The notes: generated by a model not told the origin, from the letters alone. Positions 31,918-43,236 are shown, counted from the first letter of the whole stretch. The stretch: 63,711 nucleotides of DNA, filler included, from an uncultured bacterium (GCA_964449065.1; 9 parts of 9 records of this genome joined end to end with filler, not necessarily neighbours in it); one strand, 5' to 3'. Numbers and translations are program-made.

Positions 31918-33081
31918 ATGAACCTAATCATGGCAGTCTCAATCGGGTTTTTGATTCAGCAGCGGCCTACCATTGAATTGCAAGGCGTAAGCAGTGAAGA
32001 CGTGATCAAACCCATCCGGGTTGAAATTCCATGGGATGGGCCGTTTAAGCCATCCGTGCGGGAATATGAGCTGCGTACGGATGAGTTCCGCATCCCCATG
32101 CAGATTATCGATGAGGGACAAACTGCCGTTTTTGTTCTTCCGCCGGAAGCGGAGGGAGATTTTTCGCTGGGCATCTATAACGCGAAAGAAGATGAAGAAG
32201 GCTTTTCTTTTGATCGTTCAGAAAAGAGCCTGCACATTCTTGAAGCAGGCCGGCCTGTGATTGCCTACAATCATGGTGTGATGTCAAAAGAGGGGGTGCC
32301 TGCCGACCGCAACCGCAGCAACTACTTTCATCCCGTTTATGGATTGGAAGGTGAAGTGATTTCGGATGACTTTCCCAGCGACCATTATCATCACCGGGGG
32401 CTGTATTGGTCATGGCCGCGCGTGATTGTGGGTGAAAACGACTATGACCTGTGGCATTTACAGGGAATCAAACCAAAGTTTGAAGCGTGGAATTACCGGG
32501 AAGCGGGACCGGTTTGCGCGTTGCTTGGCTTTCAAGCCGGATGGTATACCGGCGAGCGCAAAGTGATCGAAGAGCGTGTTGATGTGACAATCTACCGCTC
32601 AGGCGGTATTGGACAAGCGATGGATTTTCGGATTGCGTTTCATGCGGTGGACCGCCCGGTTACGTTAAGCAAGAAGCTTTCCGATAACAAAGGCTATGGG
32701 GGATTTTTGTTCCGCCCTGCCCCGCGCCCGCGGGAGGAAACTTTTCTCGCATCCAGCGATGGAAAAGAGGAACGGGACAGTGATTTAAACGAGTATGTGT
32801 GGGCGGATTTTTCCGCCAACTGGGGCGGCAGCGATGTTGTATCCGGCCTGTCGATCTTCTCGAATCCCTCCAACCCCAAACACCCGCCGGGATGGATATT
32901 GCGGCACTACGGCTATCTTGGGGTTTCGTGGCCCGGGCTTGGTTCGTACACCATTGAGCCCGGCGAACCGCTGGTTCTTACCCACCGCGTTTGGATTCAT
33001 AAAGGCAAGGCGGATGAAGGGAAATCCGCGGAGGCGTATGGGGTATATGAGGGGGCGTTTGAGGCGGTGAGGTTTGAGTAA
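31918..33081 (+). CDS. PmoA-family/DUF6807 beta-sandwich protein (not methane monooxygenase)
   Basis: YFHPV, DHYHHRGLYW, KGYGGF, W..R.YG motifs. Confidence 0.75.
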   Translation: MNLIMAVSIGFLIQQRPTIELQGVSSEDVIKPIRVEIPWDGPFKPSVREYELRTDEFRIPMQIIDEGQTAVFVLPPEAEGDFSLGIYNAKEDEEGFSFDRSEKSLHILEAGRPVIAYNHGVMSKEGVPADRNRSNYFHPVYGLEGEVISDDFPSDHYHHRGLYWSWPRVIVGENDYDLWHLQGIKPKFEAWNYREAGPVCALLGFQAGWYTGERKVIEERVDVTIYRSGGIGQAMDFRIAFHAVDRPVTLSKKLSDNKGYGGFLFRPAPRPREETFLASSDGKEERDSDLNEYVWADFSANWGGSDVVSGLSIFSNPSNPKHPPGWILRHYGYLGVSWPGLGSYTIEPGEPLVLTHRVWIHKGKADEGKSAEAYGVYEGAFEAVRFE

Positions 33082-33227
33082 CCAGTGACATAATTAGAAC
33101 AGTTGAGTTACATTGGTATGAAGCAACAGGTATAGGCAAAAAAGAATTCAAGAGCAAACGGTATTTTGTTGCTGTAGATTTGCCTGAAAACGCCGGGAAA
33201 GCCGTCATCGAAAGCGCGTAACGAACC

Positions 33228-33419
33228 ATGTCCGCACTTGAACCGCAAGACATCCAATGCCCCTATTGCGGGGAGATCATCGAAGTTCTCATCGATCCGT
33301 CGGTCCCGCAGCAACAATATATTGAAGACTGCCAGGTTTGCTGCCGCCCTATTCAATTTGATGTAACTGTGGACTATAATGGGGAAATATTCGTATCCGC
33401 TTGTCATGAGAATGATTGA
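33228..33419 (+). CDS. CPXCG motif cysteine-rich protein
   Basis: CPYCGE...YIEDCQVCCRPI. Confidence 0.9.
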   Translation: MSALEPQDIQCPYCGEIIEVLIDPSVPQQQYIEDCQVCCRPIQFDVTVDYNGEIFVSACHEND

Positions 33420-33766
33420 TGAATGAGTGAGGATTATCATTTCGGATTGGCGAGAAAGAAAACCGCTGTGTCTTTCTTTCGCTGCGGGCATATTGCCGCG
33501 CTTCCTCTACAATCCAAAATGGAAATGGTAGTACAATATTGAATAGGCAGAAGTAAAGACGGATAGGCTTAAAGCGAAACGCGGCCCCTTGTGTTGTCTC
33601 CGGCACCGCTTGAGTTGAATTTCAAGAGCGCGTTTCGCAACGTTATTCATCGATTTTGCGCGGCACCACGATCGCGTTTGAAATTCACGATGATGCGGTA
33701 GTTGAAGAGAAGGCGTTATTTTGGTTACTATAGTACGTAAATCTATAGAGGATGTGTACCTAGAAC

Positions 33767-34171
33767 ATGGTTGACCGGAACAGAAAACCTAACCCGAAAA
33801 AACAGTCCGAGTCACACCCGGATGATTTCACGGATGTGCTTGTAGAATACGCGTTTGATTTTATTAACGAGGGTGTCAGTATTACCCAAAAACATAACCG
33901 TTTGGCTACAGCGGCGCTTGCGTGGAATCTTTCTTTGAATAAAAAAGAAGATCGAGAAAAAAAAATTGAAGAAACGATGGAGTTCTTGATTGAAGATATG
34001 CCGCACCGTGAAGCGCATGAATTTGTAGATGTTCGAAATACCATTGAAGACCTTATTGCCCGGAAGGATGCGCTTTTCCCTGATGTGAGGATTTATATTG
34101 TCTCCTTCGACATGCTGCAACTGGACACGAACGAATTTCGTATTATCGCCGAGACCTGCAAATTAACTTAA
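33767..34171 (+). CDS. Hypothetical protein
   Basis: AWNLSL...LIARK.ALFPD..R.I pattern. Confidence 0.6.
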   Translation: MVDRNRKPNPKKQSESHPDDFTDVLVEYAFDFINEGVSITQKHNRLATAALAWNLSLNKKEDREKKIEETMEFLIEDMPHREAHEFVDVRNTIEDLIARKDALFPDVRIYIVSFDMLQLDTNEFRIIAETCKLT

Positions 34172-34640
34172 CAGAGAACCCGCTCGATTGGCAAGACCAA
34201 CCCGGTGGAATGTTGCGATGAAGGTCAGGAGTTCACATCCATATACCGGCTGGAAGCCGATGCTCCCCGGTTTTTATCATACGTGGCCGCAGCCCCCTCT
34301 GTCCCGCGGGCATCTCCCTGAAACCGGGAGGGAGAAGATATCGCGTTTGTAAGTTTGATTCCTTACATCCATGACCTTGGGTGCAGGGCAGCCCCTACAA
34401 GAGTAAGGCAATTTATAAATAGTATTTTTACTGCAACTTGATATAATACCATTTTAAATAAATAATGACTGGTAAGCGCGGCGATAAGTCTCAGCGAAAG
34501 AAAGATATTAAGATGGTCATGGTGGGCTACGCTTCGCTTTGAGCCCACCCTACAGTTTCATTATCCCGTATGGTTGCGTGAAAGATAACTCACTTTTTAT
34601 ATGCAGCTTGGTATAAGATGCCGTTAGAAAGGAATGGATT

Positions 34641-34886
34641 GTGATTGTGTTAGCGTTTGATGTCTACGGTACACTGATTGATACCGCGGGAGTCACCGAA
34701 GAATTGCGCGACATCATAGGAGACCGAGCTCCCGGTTTCGCCCAACTATGGAGAGACAAGCAGTTGGAATATTCCTTCCGCCGCGCTCTCATGCAAAACT
34801 ATGCCGACTTCTCTGTTTGCACCCGCCAAGCTCTTGAATATACGGGCAAACAATTGGGTGTCGCACTCAGTGTAAGCCCAGCGTAA
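34641..34886 (+). pseudogene. Haloacid dehalogenase type II, N-terminal fragment
   Basis: FDVYGTLID, WRDKQLEY; only 81 aa. Confidence 0.75.
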
Positions 34887-34907
34887 GAAAGACATGAAAG
34901 TTTCCAG

Positions 34908-35498
34908 ATGAAAAAAGTGGTCGTGCATAAAAGAGAACGGGTATTTGATGACTATTTTGTGATCGATGAAGCCGAAGTCAGTTTTGAACAATCCGATGGA
35001 AGCATGTCCGCGCCGCATAAGCGGCAAGTATTTGTGCGGGGAGATTCCGTCGCGGCGGTATTGTACAAACGCGATACAAACAAAGCGGTGTTTGTAAAAC
35101 AGTTTCGCTTTGCCACGTTTGAAAAAGGTCCGGGCTGGATGGTTGAGATAGTCGCCGGTATGTGTGATAAAGATGATGAATCCCATGAGAATTCAATCAA
35201 GCGGGAGATAGCAGAAGAGACGGGGTATCAGGTTGAACAGGTCGAACCGGTATTGCATTACTTTGTTTCTCCCGGTGCCTCTCCTCAGATTTGTTATTTG
35301 TATTATGCGGAAATTTCAGATGCCATGAAAACAGAACAAGGCGGTGGACTGAATGAAGAACACGAAGACATCGAAATCGTTGAGTACCCAGCGAATGACC
35401 TGCACCACCTGCTAGAACCGGGAGCCATCCAAGACGCAAAAACACTCATCGGTATCCAATGGCTCATCCGCCGCCTCGAGAAGGAAACGATGGAATAA
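34908..35498 (+). CDS. NUDIX hydrolase (ADP-ribose/GDP-mannose pyrophosphatase type)
   Basis: Nudix box AGM...REIAEETGY, SPG, EDIE, DAKT. Confidence 0.9.
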   Translation: MKKVVVHKRERVFDDYFVIDEAEVSFEQSDGSMSAPHKRQVFVRGDSVAAVLYKRDTNKAVFVKQFRFATFEKGPGWMVEIVAGMCDKDDESHENSIKREIAEETGYQVEQVEPVLHYFVSPGASPQICYLYYAEISDAMKTEQGGGLNEEHEDIEIVEYPANDLHHLLEPGAIQDAKTLIGIQWLIRRLEKETME

Positions 35499-36064
35499 GT
35501 TGAAACACAGGGACACAAAGGGGGCTACGGCCGCGCATCAAATTAACCGGGTAACAGGTATTTCGTAGGGTGGGATCAACACTCTTAAAACGATGATTAC
35601 GCTTTATATCAAAGCGGGTGTATGCCTAAATCAACTCGTTCTGCTTCTGTCCGGTAGCCCACCAATCGTGAAGCGTATCCCTAAAAGCGNNNNNNNNNNN
35701 NNNNNNNNNNNNNNNNNNNNNNNNNNNNNNNNNTTAATTAATTAANNNNNNNNNNNNNNNNNNNNNNNNNNNNNNNNNNNNNNNNNNNNAGCCCACCATG
35801 ACCATCTCTAATCACTCAATTTTAACCAACATTCTTATTGCAACTTGGTATAAAAGCAATTGAATGATAGCGCCTCTAATAGTCTGTCAATCAAAAAATG
35901 ACGGCTGGCTATCCGTTGTTCCCCCCTTTGGTAAGGGGGGTAGGGGGGATCGGTACCCGTCATTTAATCGTTGACACTGTACTAGGCACGCGAAAGGAAT
36001 GCGGTTGCTATAACGTTTTCCGCGTTCAATATCGTGCAATGCGTGTATCCGGCAACCCGCCGGT

Positions 36065-37613
36065 CTATTGTTTCCGCAGGATCCAAATCGATAAAGGTTC
36101 ATTCAACCGGCTTAGCCCCATGCGGGGATGCTCATACACATTGCGGTGCAGGTTGCTGAACCGCTCAGAATCCAAGATTTCTTGCAGAGGCAGATTCACC
36201 GGCCGTTCGCTCCAGATCAGTAATATCTTTCCATTCCCATCCATTGCTTCTACTGCTTGGTTTAATACATTAGCAGCATCTTCCCGCAATTCGGCATTCT
36301 CGAAATACCATCGCGCATTTAAATGCGCCAGATGATCCTTCATGTCCGGTGGATATGAAAGAATATCCACATCCTCCCCCTCCATCTCATATTCCACAAT
36401 CGGCCGGGTCAAACCGGTAGTGATTACCACATCCCCATCATTCGCGTGATAGCGCAGTGTCTTGATCAATTCATCCTCACTCTTTTCCAATGGAGTCAAG
36501 TAATGAATCCCAATCACAACCAAAGACGCGCTAACAAGGATAAACAAAACTCCATATTGCATCGTGCGGTTCGGAAAAGAAGATATCCCATAGCCCGCCA
36601 ACACACACCACACCGGAAACACCATAAAATCGGTGCGTCCCGCCAAATAAGATGGTGTAAGAATGAAGGATAGCGTGTAGGGAATCAGTAAAGAGATCAA
36701 CATAAATAAAGCCAAAAAACCAACCGCGTTATTTCGTTTCAAAACAGCCGTGTAAATACCATAACGAATAATCACCGCAAACAGCACATACAGCATCCAC
36801 TGCAAACCCATCGGCAACTGCGGTATATCCATATACAGCGGCATATACCCGCCGGGCACAAACGCCGTAAAGGTATATCCAATCATCTTCCACGTCCAAA
36901 ACGCCTCGATCCAACCGATGATCCGCTCGGTATTCTCCATCTGCTGCAAGAGTACAGGCATCCAAGGGATATACGCTACAACAGCGGCCGCTGTCCCCGC
37001 TGCCAAAAATAAAACCGCTTTCCATTCACGGTAAAAAAGCAATGCGCTCAACATAAATGCGGGAACAAGAAAAAAGGCTGTATTGTGTATATAGAAAAGC
37101 AAGATAAGAATAACGGTTGGCAGGATAAGCCAATACTTATTTTTGAGACGGCAATACATATCACCGGAAATCAAATATCCCATCACCAGCATTGCCAGCA
37201 TGGTGTAATTCCGCGCTTCCGAAGCATAAAAAACTGACAACGGACTGATTGCCCAAATCAAGGTTGAGAATATCGCGGTTCGTTTATTAAACCGCCGCAA
37301 GCACCACCCATAAATCAAACAAGAAGTAACCAGCGAGCCTAACAGCGAAAACGACCGCAGCGCCGCCTCCGACTCTCCNNNNNNNNNNCATTCGCCACAC
37401 ATGCAGCACATCGTAATACAGCGGCGGCCCCGCATCGAACAGCATGGCATGATGAATATCCGCTACTGATTTGCGCGCCATAACAGCCGAGTAGGCTTCA
37501 TCCACCCACAGCGGATGCACAAACAAACCATACCCACAAACCGCACATTGAAGAATCAGAATACGAACAAACGCTTGGTGTTTATGGATAGCGGCAAGTA
37601 GAGAATTCATCCC
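36065..37613 (-). CDS. GT39/PMT-like membrane glycosyltransferase (spans a 10-N gap)
   Basis: LWVDEAYS, PPLYY, SEARNY. Confidence 0.8.
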
Positions 37614-37615
37614 AT

Positions 37616-38908
37616 TTATGAAGTGACAAGCCGGTCAACGACATTCGACACCGCCGTCATCAACCGCTTGCACCCTTCGCGCAGTTTTTCTTCGTTAATC
37701 ATCCCAAATGCGAGCCTCATGCTGGATGACCGCTTTGCTTCTTCACGGTCTGGAGAGTAACACAAATTACCCGGCACATACAGCACCTTCTGCTTCAACG
37801 CTTCTTGAAACAATTCGCTGTCCCCATTGGTGTTGATTTCGTCCGGCAGTTGCAGCCAGGTATAAAACCCGCCCTTCGGTTCAATCCATTTCGCTTCCGG
37901 CGGGGCATGTTCTTTCAATATTTCATCCACCAAATGCCACTTTTGCTTATAGACTTTACGCAGTGTATCCGTATGGAGGTCTAACTCTCCCGACATGATC
38001 AATGCCTTCACAATCTGTTGGCTGAGGTTCGAACTGCCGAAATCATGGCTGCCTTTCAGATCAATCATCTTTTGGATCAACGCCTGCGGCCCGATCCCAT
38101 AGCCCATGCGCAACCCCGGTGACAGCGATTTCGAAAACGATTCGATATATAGCACCAACTCATCATCCTGCTGCATCGAAAGCATGGCCGGTTTGGTATT
38201 GGGCTCAAAACTCAGGTGGCGGTATGCGGCATCTTCCAATAAAAGAATCGGATATCCTTTTTCTTTATACCGGCTCAGAATCTCCAATATTTGTTTGCGC
38301 CGCTCCAGCGAGAGTTGAATCCCCTGCGGATTGGTGGTGTAGGTCATCAAATACAGCATCTTCACGCGGTGCAGTTGATCTTCTTTCTGCAAGCGCTCCA
38401 ACGCTTCTGCCAACGCTTCCGGAATCAGGCCAAACTCATCGGTATCAATGCCCACCGTTTCCGCGCCGCGTGCCTGCATGATACCCAGCACCACAAAATA
38501 GGTAGGCGCTTCCATCAACACGATATCGCCTTCGTTCAGCAGGGTTTCAAACGCGAGATAGAGAATCTGCTGCGAGCCCGAGCCGATAATCACATTCGCA
38601 TCCTCATACGGAAGATGCAGGGGCAAACCGTCTTCACGTTTTAGGCGCTCTAGCAAAAGTCTTCGCAATTCCACATCACCCGCGGTGGTGCCGTATTGCA
38701 GAGGCGATTGCAGATCGTCAATTTTCTCTAATATGCCTGCAAGATTTTCCCCAACTTGCGAATGCGGCAGCGAGGATTGATCCACAAATCCCGCCGCCAG
38801 CGAAATGAGTCCCGGCACTTCCAGCGCCTGCGCCATCAGCCAGCTGATCTGGGGGGGATGAGTCCGTTGCGCGATGTTTGAAAAGCGGTTGGTCCAATTT
38901 GTGTTCAT
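37616..38908 (-). CDS. PLP-dependent aminotransferase class I (LysN/ARO8-like)
   Basis: ISLAAG, GSQQ, NPQG, EDAAY, SFSKSLSPGLRMG. Confidence 0.9.
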   Translation of the reverse strand: MNTNWTNRFSNIAQRTHPPQISWLMAQALEVPGLISLAAGFVDQSSLPHSQVGENLAGILEKIDDLQSPLQYGTTAGDVELRRLLLERLKREDGLPLHLPYEDANVIIGSGSQQILYLAFETLLNEGDIVLMEAPTYFVVLGIMQARGAETVGIDTDEFGLIPEALAEALERLQKEDQLHRVKMLYLMTYTTNPQGIQLSLERRKQILEILSRYKEKGYPILLLEDAAYRHLSFEPNTKPAMLSMQQDDELVLYIESFSKSLSPGLRMGYGIGPQALIQKMIDLKGSHDFGSSNLSQQIVKALIMSGELDLHTDTLRKVYKQKWHLVDEILKEHAPPEAKWIEPKGGFYTWLQLPDEINTNGDSELFQEALKQKVLYVPGNLCYSPDREEAKRSSSMRLAFGMINEEKLREGCKRLMTAVSNVVDRLVTS

Positions 38909-38986
38909 GGTATTTGATGAAATCTTCTTCCTGTTTTATAGTATAAAAGTATAACCACATCACTCAGAACGGAAAGCATTAACGGA

Positions 38987-39820
38987 ATGTTCGTGAACTC
39001 ACCCGCTCTCACATTGTACTTCCTGATTGCATCCATCCTGCTGTTTGCGTTCTTGTTTATTCTCAACTCGACCGGCCTGACCCCTATCCCGTTATGGGTG
39101 TTTCAAGTCTACGGCATCACACTCGCCCTCATCTTTTTTTGGTGGCCGATCGATCTTCTCATTCATTGGGATAAGCGCACCGAAGCCGAAGAAGGTAAGG
39201 ATCGCTTAATCGCCTGCCTTTCCATCGGGATCATCGTGTTTGTGGTGCCCCACTACATTTTATACACGCCATTTTATGCAACCTTGGCGGCGGCGGTTGT
39301 GACCGGAGCGGTTCTCCCCGGATTGTACGAGTTCATCATCGCCCTCAAAAACCGCCAAATCACCATCAGCCCCGGCTTGGTACTCAAAGAAGGACTGACT
39401 TCCAATAAAGCGCAAAAGTTTCAGGCCAAGTTTCCCAAATGCCGGCAGTATGTCATCGACTACACCGGCGGCGGCAGCCGGTACGCCAAACTGGTATTGC
39501 ACGAACGAATCCCGTATGAACGCTTTAAAGGCGCGCATATCGATTATGTTTTCAGCATCCCGGTAGCCCGCAAAACGGGCATCTTAGTGGAGGGGTTGGA
39601 AAAACTTGAATGCTATCTGTTCATTAACGATGAAGGCAAAGCGGGGGTGGCCTTTCTGCCCTCCGCCAACTTTGGCCGCGCGCTGGATTACGGCTTTGAT
39701 GACGAAGAAATCGACGGGGCGGTCGAAGAAGCCAAGCGCCACGAACAGGGCTGGGGAGCCATCGACTTCGATCCCATCACCATCCAGCACTACACCGGCC
39801 AATACGTCCGCATGAGATAA
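38987..39820 (+). CDS. Hypothetical membrane protein, paralog of the 22655 ORF
   Basis: About 4 TM; shared C-terminal blocks. Confidence 0.65.
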   Translation: MFVNSPALTLYFLIASILLFAFLFILNSTGLTPIPLWVFQVYGITLALIFFWWPIDLLIHWDKRTEAEEGKDRLIACLSIGIIVFVVPHYILYTPFYATLAAAVVTGAVLPGLYEFIIALKNRQITISPGLVLKEGLTSNKAQKFQAKFPKCRQYVIDYTGGGSRYAKLVLHERIPYERFKGAHIDYVFSIPVARKTGILVEGLEKLECYLFINDEGKAGVAFLPSANFGRALDYGFDDEEIDGAVEEAKRHEQGWGAIDFDPITIQHYTGQYVRMR

Positions 39821-39908
39821 CAGAAACCTCTCCAATTGCAGGCCATACATACTTGAAATTCGCAATCATGGATTTATCATGACTTATAACACCTCAACAA
39901 TATCTTGA

Positions 39909-40349
39909 ATGAATATCATGGATTTGGGTAGAATATACATTGCTATAGGTTTAATTTTTATCGTTTTGATGTTGAAGATTTTTTTTGTTTGGGTTTTCAA
40001 CTCTCCCTATACAAAGATAAAATTGATTAAATTAATTGGATGGGATTTATCGAGTTCATCAACCGGGCTATGTATTTCATCATTTTTTTCTGAATCATCA
40101 TTTTTGAAACTGATTCGAATCGAAATAGAAAGAGAATATGGGACGGATTATGGTCATTTTGCCAGCGGTGTTTTCCTAAGCGTTTTTGCGATATTACTTG
40201 TCATGGCTATCATTTTCCGATATTGTAAAATGGAAGCCGAACCGGATAAGAGAATATGGACCGTGTTCAGCTGGACGCTGGGTTTTGTGATGTTTACCGG
40301 TGCATCTCTAATGGCATTTGGAGAATTGAAAAATGCAGGAAGCATTTGA
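39909..40349 (+). CDS. Hypothetical membrane protein
   Basis: AT-rich, several TMs. Confidence 0.5.
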   Translation: MNIMDLGRIYIAIGLIFIVLMLKIFFVWVFNSPYTKIKLIKLIGWDLSSSSTGLCISSFFSESSFLKLIRIEIEREYGTDYGHFASGVFLSVFAILLVMAIIFRYCKMEAEPDKRIWTVFSWTLGFVMFTGASLMAFGELKNAGSI

Positions 40350-40635
40350 ATCTTTCATCATCATGCTGACTATTACATGGGAAATACTTTCTCATTCGTT
40401 TCTCCATCCATTTTCAATAACGATGGGATTATTCGCGTTTGGTTTTGGCATTTTTATTTTCCCGAAACTATCACAATATTTTGATAGCGAAGCACAAAAT
40501 GCGTATAAACAAGGATTGCATGATGCTTCCATGCGCAAAAACCCCGTCCATCCTTTAACGTTTCATTCAACCGTTGAAAAGGAATCTTACCTTGCCGGAT
40601 ACAACCAATCGTCAAAAAATATCAAAGAACTGTAA
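40333..40635 (+). CDS. Hypothetical protein
   Basis: One TM; AYKQG...SYLAGY. Confidence 0.45.
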   Translation: MQEAFESFIIMLTITWEILSHSFLHPFSITMGLFAFGFGIFIFPKLSQYFDSEAQNAYKQGLHDASMRKNPVHPLTFHSTVEKESYLAGYNQSSKNIKEL

Positions 40636-40647
40636 CAATATGGAAAG

Positions 40648-41337
40648 TTGACTTGGGAGAAGTACAAAGACAAGCAAATTATGCCTCTTAAAAGCACCCC
40701 TTCCTTTCTTGAAACACTCTTCGATGCAACGGGTTACAACAAACTCTTCCTTCGTGAAGGAAAACGGCCGCGCATCCGCACACCGGATAGCATCCTCCAA
40801 TCCCCCTGCGACAGCAAACTCATCCGCATCCAAACCTTACATCATGAATCCTCCATCGATGGCAAACAATACGGTTTGTTCAACACACACTATTCGTTTC
40901 AAGAAATTGTCCATCATCCCGGTCAACAGCAACTCTTTGAGGGAGGCACAGCCTTCTACTTCTATCTCTCTCCCACCAACCTGCATTACTGCCTGTTTCC
41001 CTGCGATTGCACCATCACAGACCGGCAATACCACCCGCATTTTTGCAAACCCATCCTCATTACCCAAAACGCATGGGTAGACAACGAACGCTTGGTATTG
41101 TACGCAGACACAAAGTTCGGCTTCCCCATGATTCTCGTCATGATCGGCAGTTTCTTAGTCAGCGGGATCGAATGCGTCGCGCGGGTGGAGCAATCCTACC
41201 GAAAAGGAGAACTGCTGGGCGGCTTTAAGCAAGGATCAATGGTCGTCATGCTCTTTCCGAAAGATAAAGTCAAACCACTCGGTGAAATACCAAGCCGGCT
41301 TTTAATCGGTGAGCCGTTCGCGAGTTTGCCAAATTAG
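40648..41337 (+). CDS. psd: Phosphatidylserine decarboxylase-like proenzyme
   Basis: SPCDS, YLSPTNLH, NER, GELLGGFKQGSMVV autocleavage-like motif. Confidence 0.8.
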   Translation: MTWEKYKDKQIMPLKSTPSFLETLFDATGYNKLFLREGKRPRIRTPDSILQSPCDSKLIRIQTLHHESSIDGKQYGLFNTHYSFQEIVHHPGQQQLFEGGTAFYFYLSPTNLHYCLFPCDCTITDRQYHPHFCKPILITQNAWVDNERLVLYADTKFGFPMILVMIGSFLVSGIECVARVEQSYRKGELLGGFKQGSMVVMLFPKDKVKPLGEIPSRLLIGEPFASLPN

Positions 41338-41374
41338 TGTATAATTTTCGGATCATGGAAGTAGGATAAAACCA

Positions 41375-41569
41375 ATGAATCAAATCATCATTCAAATTCC
41401 CAATGCTGTCGATACAACTATCCAGGCCAATGATATTGACGACGCCATTGTGAAATTGCAAAACCTCAAACCTTTACAGGCATCCAAACAATTTGCTGCT
41501 ATCCAAAAATTTAAAGGAATTACGCCTTCCAACTCAAATTCAAATGAATTGGATTGGTATAATCAATGA
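41375..41569 (+). CDS. Putative antitoxin
   Basis: Small ORF overlapping the PIN gene (ATGA). Confidence 0.6.
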   Translation: MNQIIIQIPNAVDTTIQANDIDDAIVKLQNLKPLQASKQFAAIQKFKGITPSNSNSNELDWYNQ

Positions 41570-42033
41570 AAGTATTTCTTGACAGTTCCGTTTTAATTGA
41601 ATACATCAAAGGAAATCAAACCGAACTGCTGGACGCCGTAACCCTACCGAATAAGCAGGTTGAATTATGTATGAATCACATCGTATTTAGCGAATTCATG
41701 TTCCACTATCTTGCATTAACTTCCAATAAATCCCCTCTTACATTAAAAAACTCATCCAACATCCAGGCACTCTTACAAAAACATAATCCAATTGATTTCA
41801 TCAATCAATTCACAATAATACCAATGGATGCCGGAATCATGCAAACCGGATATAATTTTATGGAACAATACAATTTATTGCCGAATGATGCACTCATTTT
41901 AGCGACTTGCAAACAGTCTAAGATCCATAATCTTCTAACCTATGATCAAGACTTCAAAGACGTGTGCGATCAAGAAAACATAAACTACATCCATCAATCC
42001 AGTCAAATTGAAGCACTTCACATTGGAGAATAA
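41566..42033 (+). CDS. PIN domain (VapC-like) toxin, intact
   Basis: VFLDSS, SE, LLPNDALI, TYDQDF. Confidence 0.88.
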   Translation: MKVFLDSSVLIEYIKGNQTELLDAVTLPNKQVELCMNHIVFSEFMFHYLALTSNKSPLTLKNSSNIQALLQKHNPIDFINQFTIIPMDAGIMQTGYNFMEQYNLLPNDALILATCKQSKIHNLLTYDQDFKDVCDQENINYIHQSSQIEALHIGE

Positions 42034-42036
42034 ATC

Positions 42037-42190
42037 ATGGTAAGAATCCCCACAAACTGAACCCCCGCACATCCTGGAGAAATGCCGTTGGAAGAATTTT
42101 TGATCCCCATGGAAATCACACAAAAGAAATCACACAAAAGCAGCTGGCAAACACGATCCAAGTTCCCTACCTACGCATCAATCAAACTTG
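42037..42190 (+). pseudogene. HigA-type antidote pseudogene
   Basis: MVRIPTN*TPAHPGEMPLEEFLIPMEITQ, with a stop and frameshift. Confidence 0.65.
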
Positions 42191-42439
42191 AAAACACAAT
42201 ATTTTCCTCCCCAGTTTGGGGGAGACACAGAGAGGGTTGTGAAGAACGCAATCACTTATTTTATTTCACAAATTTCCCGGAATTTTATTGAGTTAATGAC
42301 ATTGGGTGTGCATCAGCCAGTGTACTTTGTCTGAATCAGGATTTTCAGGATGAAACAGGTTGGACGATATAACAGCATTAATATTTTATGCTATAATTTA
42401 ATAACTATAATTTTTAAAACGTATTAGAAATGGTGTATC

Positions 42440-42673
42440 ATGAATTGGCAAGAGCGTATTGAAATCAATGAATCGGTTTTAGCAGGAAAACCCATCATAA
42501 AAGGGACACGTATATCGGTTGAATTGGTTATCGATATGCTAGCCAGAGGATGGACGATCACGCAAATTCTGGAAGAGTATGACCATATTGCTCAAGACGA
42601 TATTCAAGCTTGCCTCGCATACGCCAGCGAAACGTTAAAAAGTGAACGGGGTTATTCTTTACCCACCTTATAA
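42440..42673 (+). CDS. DUF433 antitoxin-like protein
   Basis: GKPIIKGTRISV...DIQACLAYA. Confidence 0.9.
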   Translation: MNWQERIEINESVLAGKPIIKGTRISVELVIDMLARGWTITQILEEYDHIAQDDIQACLAYASETLKSERGYSLPTL

Positions 42674-42916
42674 CTCATGTTACGCAAAATTCTATACGGT
42701 AGGTATTGTTGCGAGCTTCAAACCCGTNNNNNNNNNNNNNNNNNNNNNNNNNNNNNNNNNNNNNNNNNNNNTTAATTAATTAANNNNNNNNNNNNNNNNN
42801 NNNNNNNNNNNNNNNNNNNNNNNNNNNACCATAAAGATGCATGCTATCAGGGCTATTAAAGCGCCATTGAATAAGGTCAATTACCTTAAAAACTGAGTCA
42901 AGAGTCATGCGGTCCA

Positions 42917-43234
42917 TTACTGTCTCCAATACATTTCGTCTTCGAATCTGTCAATTTTTTCGCTGAGCGAACTAATAGATTCGTTTAAGTTTTTTACAGC
43001 TCTTTCATACTCATGTCTAAGATGATCAAGCGCATCTTGCATATCTTGCATAGAATCCTCGAAACCCTCAAACTTTTCTTCAAGCTCTTGAATATCAGAA
43101 TTGCTCATAGCAGCGTAAAGTTTCTCGGTAAGAGTATTTTCATCAACTAATACATTAAGAAACTTAAAATTAGCTAGCATTGCTTCTGCGCCAGCTAAAG
43201 CGGCAGACCAAATAAATTCATCTACATCAGACAT
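42917..43234 (-). CDS. Phage hypothetical coiled-coil protein
   Basis: ORF track; acidic and helical. Confidence 0.6.
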   Translation of the reverse strand: MSDVDEFIWSAALAGAEAMLANFKFLNVLVDENTLTEKLYAAMSNSDIQELEEKFEGFEDSMQDMQDALDHLRHEYERAVKNLNESISSLSEKIDRFEDEMYWRQ

Positions 43235-43236
43235 TG

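Noticed and set aside
31918..33081. Methane monooxygenase
   Set aside because: Soluble PmoA-named/DUF6807-type protein with no pMMO membrane topology or pmoCB neighbours.
37379..37388. Apparent frameshift in the glycosyltransferase
   Set aside because: Coincides with a 10-N scaffold gap of uncertain length.
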